Below are positions 6,932 through 15,106 of a stretch of 24,371 nt of DNA, in pieces. The stretch covers positions 1 through 24,371 of the forward strand of contig JAYZAC010000189.1 in the NCBI GenBank assembly GCA_036339875.1, given 5' to 3'. The position numbers and the translations under genes were made by a program. Numbering within the stretch: position 1 is the stretch's first letter; each line of letters opens with the position of its first letter. The stretch comes from a bacterium. Its GTDB lineage: Bacteria > Muiribacteriota > UBA6191. The notes beneath the pieces were generated by a model. It was not told the origin of the DNA and made no database searches. It was given only the letters and a program-made list of their open reading frames with translations.

Positions 6932-8674
6932 CTATGGATTTAAGCCCAGAGCTCTCGATGCGAAATAGTCACTAGCTATTTTGAAATTTTGAAAACTAGC
7001 ACCGATATAAACCTCTTTATTACGGGTGAATTCTTTAAGGCCGAGTGCGGTACGGAAGTTCTTCTCTAGTTTAATCCAAGCTGGCCCGTCACTGGGCTCA
7101 TCAATGCTATCAGCTTTCGAGGTGAAATCAAGTTTAAAGAGGCGATCGCCCACTCCTAAGTAAACAGATTTCTTTATAAATTTACGGTTATCGTTTGTCT
7201 CCAAGGCGTAATCGAAATGAATCATACGAAGACTGTCCCCCGGCTCACGAAGATATTGAGTTTCATGAAGCATCCTGAATTTCTTAAGTTTTTTTTCTTT
7301 TACTCTTCTCTCGTAAGCTCTTTTGATTATGTCTGAGTTTAGTTTATTCATATCACTTGCTTTACCGGCATTAATACTACTGAGCATTACAGACATTCCG
7401 GGAACGAAGATTTTGTATTTGATAGAACTATTAGGGTTGGTATTTTTTTCCCAGCTCCACGAAGCAGCTGGATTTTTGAATTCTTTTGGTTTGGGTTCCA
7501 GCCACTTATTTATATCGGACCAAAAGAAAATACATGTAGCAGTAGCCGTGATTCCTGATATCAGAGCAAAAATCCATTTAATCCAGGTTTTCTTATTTTT
7601 TCTTTTTTCGACTTCATTAGCGGCAGGAAATTGCTTGTCGGATTTGGAAGGTGAAGTCTGTTCATTGAATGGATTGTTAGGTTGGTTATCTTCATTGACT
7701 GAGTCAGATACTGCGCTACTGGCAGATTGTAGCATTTCTGACACTTGTTCATTACTTAGGATGCCCTCGTCATGATCGAGATCTTTCTGTTCTTCTTGTG
7801 TTTTTGACAGTAGATTCTCTAAGACGTTTTGAGAGTTGATGACATTTGATTCATTATCAATAATATTCTCTTTTTCTGAAAAGTCATCCTGACTCAGAAC
7901 CGATGTGGGATCCGATGAGTTACCATCATTGTTATTAGCTTCATTGTTGAACAGCGCAGCAATATCAATTTCACCCAAATCGGATTTAGCTTGTTGCTGC
8001 TGGGCTTTTTTCTTTTTAATCAAGGCTTCTAAATCGTCTTCGGGTGGATTTTGACTTGAGTTATTAGATTCAGATGTAGGTTCGTCATTATTAGATTCAG
8101 ATGTAGATTCTTCTTTATTGGTATTCAGAGAGTCAATATCTGAAGATTTATCTAGATCTGAGTTTTCAGTGGTTTGATCTTCAGTTGGAATATTTGTAGT
8201 TTCAATGCTCTTTTCATTTTGATTTTCATCTTTATTCTCAGTTTCTGGTTTTGTTACGGCACTCGATTGTTCTTCGAACATTTCCTTGAGATCCGTTTTG
8301 GATAGGACCTCTTCCGAATCATTTGGTTCAGAGGGTTCATTTTTTGGTGTTTCAGATGTTTTCTCTGACTTACTATTGGTTATTAAAGCTTCTATATCTT
8401 CCTGACTCATGATTTCATTCTGTTCCTGCCCCAATTGATCTTCTTTATCTTTAACTTCTTCGGATGAGATGGTTTCATTATCAGCTTTTTCAGCGGATTC
8501 AGGGTTATCATTGACTGCATTGGCCGACTCTTCCTCTGCGAGTTCTTCGAGGAATTCTGTAGTGATACTGTCCGTGGAAGCTCGTCTCGTGTCATCTGGC
8601 ATTTCCCAAGCATTTGCTTTCACTTCGGCCTCTTCAAAAAGTCTTTGAATTTCTGTATCGTTAAGGTTAGACAT
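6932..8674 (-). CDS. Bitopic membrane protein: acidic disordered N-terminal arm with repeated LSQxEIxAL-like helices, one TM, C-terminal extracytoplasmic domain (possibly PsbP/DcrB-like fold)
   Basis: About 355 aa of D/E/N/S-rich sequence, then KRKNKK, then TM WIKWIFALISGITATATCIFFW, then an approximately 195-aa globular domain. Confidence 0.8.
   Translation of the reverse strand: MSNLNDTEIQRLFEEAEVKANAWEMPDDTRRASTDSITTEFLEELAEEESANAVNDNPESAEKADNETISSEEVKDKEDQLGQEQNEIMSQEDIEALITNSKSEKTSETPKNEPSEPNDSEEVLSKTDLKEMFEEQSSAVTKPETENKDENQNEKSIETTNIPTEDQTTENSDLDKSSDIDSLNTNKEESTSESNNDEPTSESNNSSQNPPEDDLEALIKKKKAQQQQAKSDLGEIDIAALFNNEANNNDGNSSDPTSVLSQDDFSEKENIIDNESNVINSQNVLENLLSKTQEEQKDLDHDEGILSNEQVSEMLQSASSAVSDSVNEDNQPNNPFNEQTSPSKSDKQFPAANEVEKRKNKKTWIKWIFALISGITATATCIFFWSDINKWLEPKPKEFKNPAASWSWEKNTNPNSSIKYKIFVPGMSVMLSSINAGKASDMNKLNSDIIKRAYERRVKEKKLKKFRMLHETQYLREPGDSLRMIHFDYALETNDNRKFIKKSVYLGVGDRLFKLDFTSKADSIDEPSDGPAWIKLEKNFRTALGLKEFTRNKEVYIGASFQNFKIASDYFASRALGLNP
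8061..8110. repeat. 27-bp-period tandem duplication within the CDS
   Basis: ttattagattcagatgtag(g/a)ttc occurs at 8061 and 8088 (22/23 identical). It encodes ESTSESNND / EPTSESNNS. Confidence 0.9.
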
Positions 8675-8756
8675 AGTATTGTTGGAATTGTACTACGCTT
8701 GTGTAATCGGGTCACGAAGCATTTACATAGTGAACATCGTCAAAAGAGATCAAATT

Positions 8757-10430
8757 TCACAGTTTCTGTGAAAAATCTTTTTGTTGCACCGAAGGTTTTT
8801 TTATCGCCTTTTCCAATGATATTAAGACATCTTTAAGTTCAGCTTTGGAAAGAGAGTTATTGATGAATTTTGGGGCAAGAATCCTGAGTTGGCGACGATT
8901 GATTTGTGAGGATTCTAATCTGGGTTGAAAATATGCTGAGTTATACGAAGAAACATTTTTCGAAATATGATTTCCAAAAATAATCTGTTGACCAATATTC
9001 AAGTTGATTAACTCCTCGCTTACAATTTCTTTCACAATTACTTTTCCACTAGTATTTCCAGCAATACTGTAATTTCGATTAGTTTTAGCAATATGTGCTG
9101 AAGAGGTAGTTTTATCTTTAGCTCCAATAAATACACTACCGTCATTACTATCTATTCGAAGTTCGGAGTTTTTAGTGAAGACTTTAAGAGATCCAAATTT
9201 CAGAAATAATTCTTTATTTGAACGAATTTGTAGTTTTGTATTTTCAGAAATTTGAATATCGATATCAGGTTTGAGTAAAAGAGTTGCGGGATTGTTTTTT
9301 TGATTTATCCATTGCATTTTGGCCACAGTAACTTCATTTTCTAAGGTGCTGAGGGTTCCTATAGTTTGATTCATTGTATTTTGGAAATCCGTTATTGAAG
9401 TAGATTTTGTGTTATCAACAGTAATTAGATTAGGAATCTTATTTTGATTAAATATTGTTTGATAAAAAACCATTCCGATAAATATAGTTAAAATTCCTAA
9501 AGCATATTTTGCATAATAAAATAGTTCTGTATTGATTGTCCTAGGTGGGTTGTGCATTTCAATTTCCGAGCCAACCGTTAATTCTTCTTTGGAAAATTGT
9601 TTTGCAGCTTCTTCCAGTTGCATCGCTCGATTGCGTTTCTTAATTTGATCAATCACACTAGAAGATTTTGAACTGATAGCAATCGCCTCAGGTTTTTCTT
9701 CATTTTCTGTTACTGGAAAGTATTTATTGCATAGTTTGATTAAAATTACCTGATCTAACCGGTTACGAATATCAATAGAAAGAAAGTTTTTTATGCTTAT
9801 CAATCGCTTAGTAAAATCATTTTTAATTTGTGAGCCGTCATTAGATTGTAGAATCCTACTAAAGAGCTCGAGTTCACTTTCTTTATTACTACACTCGATC
9901 TCAATTTCTCCTGTTAATCGATGAAACACGGTAAACAGAAAAGGCTCAAATACATTTTCACTAAGCTTTAGAATTTTAGCTGTTTCCTTAATTTTTAGCT
10001 TTTCTTGAAAAATAAGATCAAGTATCAGGCACATTGGTGTACTGAGTTGTTGAGTTCTAAATCGTTCTAGGTCTTCTGTATTAGGAATGTAGCGAGGTGA
10101 AAAAATTCTTTTCGGCAAAGGTTGTAGAAGAACCTCCTCATAGATTAATTCGTTACACCTTTTGAGTATATCGCCTTGTTTTTTTCTGAGAATTAAATTG
10201 ATTGCTCCACTTAAAATTAGCTGTTTACAATGTTTTGGAGTGCTGTTTCGTCCCCGGATTTTTATAAAAAAGTTTTCACTTAGTTCCGCAAACCATTCTT
10301 GAGATTGATTTGGATTATGGGTAAAAAAATTAAAAAAATGAATCAGTGTCGGATTGAGAGCCCTTAGGTAATCGAGATAATCCTCTCTTTTCGGTTCTAC
10401 AAGTCGATTTATAATTTCATCGATATTCAT
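8757..10430 (-). CDS. Putative hybrid protein: degenerate ECF-sigma-like N-terminus + TM + FecR-like domain
   Basis: Numbering follows the track's 558-aa ORF. aa ~20-85 is region-2-like. aa ~130-173 LSTPMCLILDLIFQEKLKIKETAKILKLSENVFEPFL is a region-4 HTH-like segment. TM at aa ~305-328. aa ~358-487 shows a FecR pattern (ATLLLKPDIDIQISENTKL, LFLKFGSL, LRIDSNDGSVFIG, SGKVIV, INLNIGQQI). The ATG at 10430 overlaps the upstream stop (TGATG); TTG at 10433 is an alternative start. Confidence 0.6.
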   Translation of the reverse strand: MNIDEIINRLVEPKREDYLDYLRALNPTLIHFFNFFTHNPNQSQEWFAELSENFFIKIRGRNSTPKHCKQLILSGAINLILRKKQGDILKRCNELIYEEVLLQPLPKRIFSPRYIPNTEDLERFRTQQLSTPMCLILDLIFQEKLKIKETAKILKLSENVFEPFLFTVFHRLTGEIEIECSNKESELELFSRILQSNDGSQIKNDFTKRLISIKNFLSIDIRNRLDQVILIKLCNKYFPVTENEEKPEAIAISSKSSSVIDQIKKRNRAMQLEEAAKQFSKEELTVGSEIEMHNPPRTINTELFYYAKYALGILTIFIGMVFYQTIFNQNKIPNLITVDNTKSTSITDFQNTMNQTIGTLSTLENEVTVAKMQWINQKNNPATLLLKPDIDIQISENTKLQIRSNKELFLKFGSLKVFTKNSELRIDSNDGSVFIGAKDKTTSSAHIAKTNRNYSIAGNTSGKVIVKEIVSEELINLNIGQQIIFGNHISKNVSSYNSAYFQPRLESSQINRRQLRILAPKFINNSLSKAELKDVLISLEKAIKKPSVQQKDFSQKL

Positions 10431-11332
10431 CAAAAAGTGCCCTTGTGAAACTTATCTCCATTCAGTTGGGAATTGGTAATATTGAAATTTACTACATAGG
10501 GTTTTGCTTGAGGACCTCGATTGGAATCTCCTTGTACAAACATAGCAACTTTAATGAAAAGTTTTTGAAAATGAAGTTCATATGGTTCATTTATGTTTTC
10601 TTGAAAATAGATGTGGTCAAAAATAGGTATCGCCTGAAAACTTTTTATTAGCCCCTTCTTAGTTTTATTATCTAATCCGTAGCTTTTGGTTTCGATTAAT
10701 TCATTATTAAGTCTGAATCTAAATCGTCCCACAAAATAGTTGGGTTCTGGATAATATCTATACAGTATTTTTTCATTATTGCTAAACAAGTATAGATCAT
10801 TGACAGTTATGGGTAATTTTAGTTTTTCTTTGAGATTTGGTTCTTCAAAGTCTTTAGAACAGTCCACTTTATGAGACAGGTTTATTGCAGCATTTTCGAG
10901 AGTATCCCAGTGGTTAGAAAATTTTACTGGGATATTAAAAAAGTTATCTAATTCTCTATGCTTGTTCCATTGTGTTTCGCCATACTCATCAATAAATGCT
11001 TTGTAAATCACTTTAGTTGCATCTAAGTCTATAAATTTTGCTTCATCTGAAATTGTGTTGAATGATTTTACTCGATAGCTGTAAAATCTTTCTGATCGTG
11101 GATAACCGTCTATTGGTAAATTATTCGGAGAGTTAAACGGCATAATGTGGTTTAAATCGTATCGTAGATCAGTAATGAGATTTTGTAGTTGTTTTATACT
11201 GTTTAAATCTTTTTCAGATTTTTCAACATTCCTTACCGAATTTGCGAAGTAGTTAAAAATACTCGTGATGACCAACGAGGCAATTAATAAAGAAAAGATG
11301 GCTTCAATTAACGTGAATCCTTTTTGTTTCAA
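10430..11332 (-). CDS. Type IV minor pilin / pseudopilin (PilW/GspJ-like), prepilin N-methylation domain
   Basis: MKQKG|FTLIEAIFSLLIASLVITSIF is a class III signal peptide with G|F and E5. The TTG start directly follows the TAA of the upstream gene. Confidence 0.85.
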   Translation of the reverse strand: MKQKGFTLIEAIFSLLIASLVITSIFNYFANSVRNVEKSEKDLNSIKQLQNLITDLRYDLNHIMPFNSPNNLPIDGYPRSERFYSYRVKSFNTISDEAKFIDLDATKVIYKAFIDEYGETQWNKHRELDNFFNIPVKFSNHWDTLENAAINLSHKVDCSKDFEEPNLKEKLKLPITVNDLYLFSNNEKILYRYYPEPNYFVGRFRFRLNNELIETKSYGLDNKTKKGLIKSFQAIPIFDHIYFQENINEPYELHFQKLFIKVAMFVQGDSNRGPQAKPYVVNFNITNSQLNGDKFHKGTF

Positions 11333-11866
11333 TTAAAACTCCGGTTTTACATCATCGAGTGCTATAAGGCTTTGAAGCCTAACGTCTCGGTTGTAGTTTT
11401 CTGCCCTTAATGTTTTCCAACGTATAATTACCTCAAGACTCAGTAACTGCATGTAAGGCGTGTAGTTTTTTGTACTCGTACTTGAATTAGCGGGTGAAAC
11501 TTTAACAAGTCTTTGATAATTTGCGGGTAATGGACTCAAATTAAATGTACTTAATGCTCGTGTCTGACTGGAAACATGATCATTTTTTATCAGTGGTTTT
11601 GTATGGGGTAATTGACTTAGGTCGATGAAATTATCTGAATTTGGCGATGAGCCCAGTAGGCTTATGGAATCGAAACTTACAGATTGACTTAATGTATGGA
11701 ATTCATCTATAACTTCACGTGCGAGTAACATAGCCTGAATTTCATCGAAGCTCTGTTGAGTTTCATGAATAGATTGCTGGTATAGAAGTATTAAGGGGAC
11801 GATTAGAATTACAGAGATTGTGCTAGCTAATACAATCTCAATCAACGAAAACCCTCTATTTATCAA
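11333..11866 (-). CDS. Type IV minor pilin / pseudopilin (PilV/GspI-like)
   Basis: NRG|FSLIEIVLASTISVILIVPLILLY, QAMLLAREVIDE, YQRLVKV, LEVIIRWK. Likely start is TTG at 11866 (AAGGGG + 5 nt), overlapping the upstream TGA; the track uses ATG at 11881. Confidence 0.85.
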   Translation of the reverse strand: MINRGFSLIEIVLASTISVILIVPLILLYQQSIHETQQSFDEIQAMLLAREVIDEFHTLSQSVSFDSISLLGSSPNSDNFIDLSQLPHTKPLIKNDHVSSQTRALSTFNLSPLPANYQRLVKVSPANSSTSTKNYTPYMQLLSLEVIIRWKTLRAENYNRDVRLQSLIALDDVKPEF

Positions 11867-14238
11867 ATTTGCCCCTTCCATTCACGGTTATGATCGTCTA
11901 GCACCATCCGGTAAAAATACTTATAGTAAGTCCCCAAAGGACTATAAGACGGCGAGTAAATAACCGTCGTGGGCGCTTGGAACATCGTGTAGTCTAATTG
12001 GTCCATAGCGATACCGCCTTGAATTGAAATAGCGGTTTGTGGATTTTGTTTTGAAATGGTTCGTTTTGCATTCAAAAAAACATCCGAATTGTATCCCTCA
12101 TCCTCTTCATCATCAAGAAATACTATTTGGTCACAATTAAGGTTGAAATAGTACTGGCTTGAAATTTCGCCAACGGAACAGATTCCAGAAACCAGAAGAG
12201 CACTGTGGTTTTCGATTAGAAGCTTTTTATCAAGTGTTAAGTTTCCATCAATTTTTATGAGATGTCCATGTGTATTTAGAACATAATATCCAGATGAATT
12301 TCTTAAGAAGTCTTCTTTAAGCAAAGTATCAATTCCGTCATTTGAGCCACTTAGGCTAAAATATGTTTGAGCTGTGCGGAGTTCATCTACGTTGAAATCG
12401 TCGGGTTGTCCTTTCAAGTATAAGCTGCCTTCAGAGTTAAATTTAGACGGAGATAAAAACCACGTTTCTAAATTATCATCAGCAAAGTCATAAAGCCTCT
12501 CTTTTTCGTATGGTGCGAACATGAATTGTTTGAAATTTTGGTGGTCATTTGGTGGTATGACTTCATTGGTGAAATGTGGGTAATCAATCGTATGATTAAT
12601 CGGTAATTTTTCGATTCGGGACATGAAATTACTGTATTGTTCGTAATTTGAAAACATGGCGTCATAGTTGAATTGTGAATCAACGCTTATGGTTTCAGGT
12701 TCATTTTCACATACATTGATGTAACCATCAGGTTCGGGTCTTAATCTATGTAAATTGTCCATAGTTTTAATTAACGGATTCAAAGTAAACTCGCGAGTTC
12801 CTTCCCAACCTTCCTCAGTTGCTTCTCTCAAAATAGCCATCCTTCCGTCACGCTGCTGGACAGATGGAACCCGTAAGCAGTTAGCTTGCTCAATTTCGTC
12901 GTTTGGAGTATCGACTCGATCTACTCCAACAGAGCTAATTTTGACGATTGATCTATATGCATTGCCCACGGTATAAGCTCTGTTGAAAGCTAAATAAGTA
13001 CCAAAAGGATGTATCAAAGAAGAATAGGCTGAGTAGCCCGAGAGTATGTGGTGACTTGGGTCTGGCCGATTTTGAATATAGACATCAGGTTCATAAAAAC
13101 CTTCGTAAACCGATTGTAAAATAGCTTTTCCATAAGTTTCGGAATTTAGAGGTTCACTATTTTTTACTATGTGAGATCGTTGGAAAAAATCTGGTGAATT
13201 AATTATTTGAGCTGGATATGTATTTGGGTTATTTCCAATCATTGGGTTAAACAAATGGAAGTATTCTCCCCAGCCTAAAGGGTCTGAACCTGGCGTTAGT
13301 CTTAAGATATTATTTTGACCCGGTCCAAAGTATAGAAAACCTCGTTGTAAAATTATTTTTCTTGATTTTTCTAGCTCATCTCCATCACTGAGATGATTCA
13401 TATTTTCGAAGCTGTTTCCGCCTTTTCCAGAAAGTAGAAATGAATCGCCAGGTATCTGTGGATCATTATCGAGAGGCCCATTTATCAAAACTAAGGGGAA
13501 ATTATATGGATACTTAAAATCACCTGATTGATCAATGATTGGTTTTCCAAGTAAATTAGTAATTAACTTATTGTATCTATCTCCCGAACTGCTTTTATGA
13601 AAAAATGTAAATTTACTGGTGATAGGGCTGATGAGGTTATATACATTCATATATTTCTTAAACTTATATTTTTTAGTAGTTCCCTTGTATGTTGCTTCAC
13701 ATATTAGCTCTATATTTAATTTCTTCTCGATTTTGTCTTTCAATACTTCTTCACCATTAGCATAAGAATAAAGCGATTTTGACTCCAAATTAATGCTGTA
13801 CTCTAGTCTTAATCCGGGGATAGTTTTTTGATATGTTTCGTGGATAACTTTCATTTGTCTTGGGAACAAATTTATTAATGCCGAGTGCTTCAGTTGATTT
13901 TGGTTGGAGTTCTCGAATAATTTGTCTGAGGTTTGAAGAAAGAAGCCATAGAATGAGTTCTGATGAAATTTGCTATTTTGGCTCATACTTTGAAGTTCGA
14001 TCTCGGAAGGAGTTTTAATGCCTTCTCGAATCGCTCTAATGAGTAATTGTAAGCCTGCTTCCGCAGAAGTGCGGGCCACTTCGTTGTATCGAGACTTGTG
14101 ACTTTGAATATTTTGTTGGCGAGTCATCCAGTTAAGCGTAACTAGTAGGAGGCCTAAGACTGCTACAATGCCTGTGATGATAAAAATTATGAATCCACGA
14201 TTAAAAAAAAGTGGATTTTTTTTAGAAATATTTCGCAT
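11863..14238 (-). CDS. Large PilX/GspK-like pilin-tip protein (791 aa)
   Basis: NRG|FIIFIITGIVAVLGLLLVTL is a prepilin-like helix lacking E5. It is followed by ARTSAEAGL (PilX-N 'A..AEAG' motif) and a beta-rich C-terminus (LIKIDGNLTL, ALLVSG, ISIQGGIAM). Confidence 0.75.
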   Translation of the reverse strand: MRNISKKNPLFFNRGFIIFIITGIVAVLGLLLVTLNWMTRQQNIQSHKSRYNEVARTSAEAGLQLLIRAIREGIKTPSEIELQSMSQNSKFHQNSFYGFFLQTSDKLFENSNQNQLKHSALINLFPRQMKVIHETYQKTIPGLRLEYSINLESKSLYSYANGEEVLKDKIEKKLNIELICEATYKGTTKKYKFKKYMNVYNLISPITSKFTFFHKSSSGDRYNKLITNLLGKPIIDQSGDFKYPYNFPLVLINGPLDNDPQIPGDSFLLSGKGGNSFENMNHLSDGDELEKSRKIILQRGFLYFGPGQNNILRLTPGSDPLGWGEYFHLFNPMIGNNPNTYPAQIINSPDFFQRSHIVKNSEPLNSETYGKAILQSVYEGFYEPDVYIQNRPDPSHHILSGYSAYSSLIHPFGTYLAFNRAYTVGNAYRSIVKISSVGVDRVDTPNDEIEQANCLRVPSVQQRDGRMAILREATEEGWEGTREFTLNPLIKTMDNLHRLRPEPDGYINVCENEPETISVDSQFNYDAMFSNYEQYSNFMSRIEKLPINHTIDYPHFTNEVIPPNDHQNFKQFMFAPYEKERLYDFADDNLETWFLSPSKFNSEGSLYLKGQPDDFNVDELRTAQTYFSLSGSNDGIDTLLKEDFLRNSSGYYVLNTHGHLIKIDGNLTLDKKLLIENHSALLVSGICSVGEISSQYYFNLNCDQIVFLDDEEDEGYNSDVFLNAKRTISKQNPQTAISIQGGIAMDQLDYTMFQAPTTVIYSPSYSPLGTYYKYFYRMVLDDHNREWKGQI

Positions 14239-14324
14239 GAGATGAGAAAAATTTTAGCGTTTAATCAAGTATATAATCAAATCCATTACCTTCTTGTGCA
14301 CAAAAACTTGAGATGGCTAATCAG

Positions 14325-14352
14325 TTGCGCTACATTTCTGGTCTGGTATCTT
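14325..14352 (+). promoter_or_regulatory. Possible sigma70-type promoter for the zinc-ribbon/TPM genes
   Basis: TTGCGC-16 nt-TATCTT with a TG.g extension, about 50 nt upstream of the ATG at 14402. Confidence 0.4.
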
Positions 14353-14401
14353 TGTTTTTTGTATTAAGTGCAAATAGTTTAATAATGTATTTAGGTAACT
14401 T

Positions 14402-15106
14402 ATGAGTCTTGAACAATTATTTCGTCTTTACGAGCAGGACGGACGCATCCACGAGTTAAATCGTGAAATAGTTCAAATACGGACTGGGATGCAAGACCAA
14501 ATAGCTGAAATAAGATCAATCGAGACACGTATTGATCAGTTTCACGAAAAAGAAAAGCAGTTTGAGGTTAAATTGAGGGCTACCGAGGTTGAGGTGCAGG
14601 CTGCCGAAGAAGAATTGAAACGACTTCAGAATCAGAAAATGCAAGTTTCATCAGAGAAAATGTTAAGTGGCGTAGAAAAGAAAATTGAAACACAATCGAG
14701 GCTCGTCTCAAAATTGGAAGATAAGTGGTTTGAAGAACAGGAGGCTCTAGAGGTTTCTAGGGAAAATTTAAATAAGATGAAAGTTCATCTTGAATCCGAG
14801 GAGTCTAAACAAGAAAGTTTGATTGAAGATGGAAATTCAAAACTTGATATTTTAGAAAAAGAATTTAAGGATTTACTTGAGTTGAGACCCCTAAATTTAG
14901 ATGGTTTACAGTCTTCTTTTTTGAAAAGTTACGAGTTTCAGCGATCGAAAAGTTCTACAGCTAAGGTGTTGTTTGATATTACCAATAACAATTGCCCGCG
15001 CTGTGGGATGCAGATTCCTAATCGTACTTTTGAAATGGTGCGTTACAATGAAGAAGTTACTACTTGTTCTAGTTGTAATGCTTTATTATTTTATTCTGGT
15101 AGATAG
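14402..15106 (+). CDS. Coiled-coil protein with a C-terminal C4 zinc ribbon (DUF164/CT398-like)
   Basis: LEQLFRLYEQD start, long heptad-rich helix, CPRCGMQIP...VTTCSSCNALLF. Confidence 0.88.
   Translation: MSLEQLFRLYEQDGRIHELNREIVQIRTGMQDQIAEIRSIETRIDQFHEKEKQFEVKLRATEVEVQAAEEELKRLQNQKMQVSSEKMLSGVEKKIETQSRLVSKLEDKWFEEQEALEVSRENLNKMKVHLESEESKQESLIEDGNSKLDILEKEFKDLLELRPLNLDGLQSSFLKSYEFQRSKSSTAKVLFDITNNNCPRCGMQIPNRTFEMVRYNEEVTTCSSCNALLFYSGR

Noticed and set aside
8061..8110. CRISPR-like repeat
   Set aside because: Only two adjacent in-frame copies inside a low-complexity CDS, with no spacers and no cas genes.
6227..12976. Short ORFs 6227-6421, 6341-6613, 7323-7775, 7561-7752, 8407-8613, 8645-8836, 10445-10651, 12468-12683, 12755-12976
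   Set aside because: They overlap longer coherent CDSs. The hydrophobic look of 7323-7775 is the expected antisense of K/E/N-rich codons.
6932..14238. Pilin module as a mobile genomic island
   Set aside because: It looks somewhat more AT-rich by eye, but I saw no integrase, transposase, tRNA or flanking direct repeats. Amino-acid composition could explain the bias.
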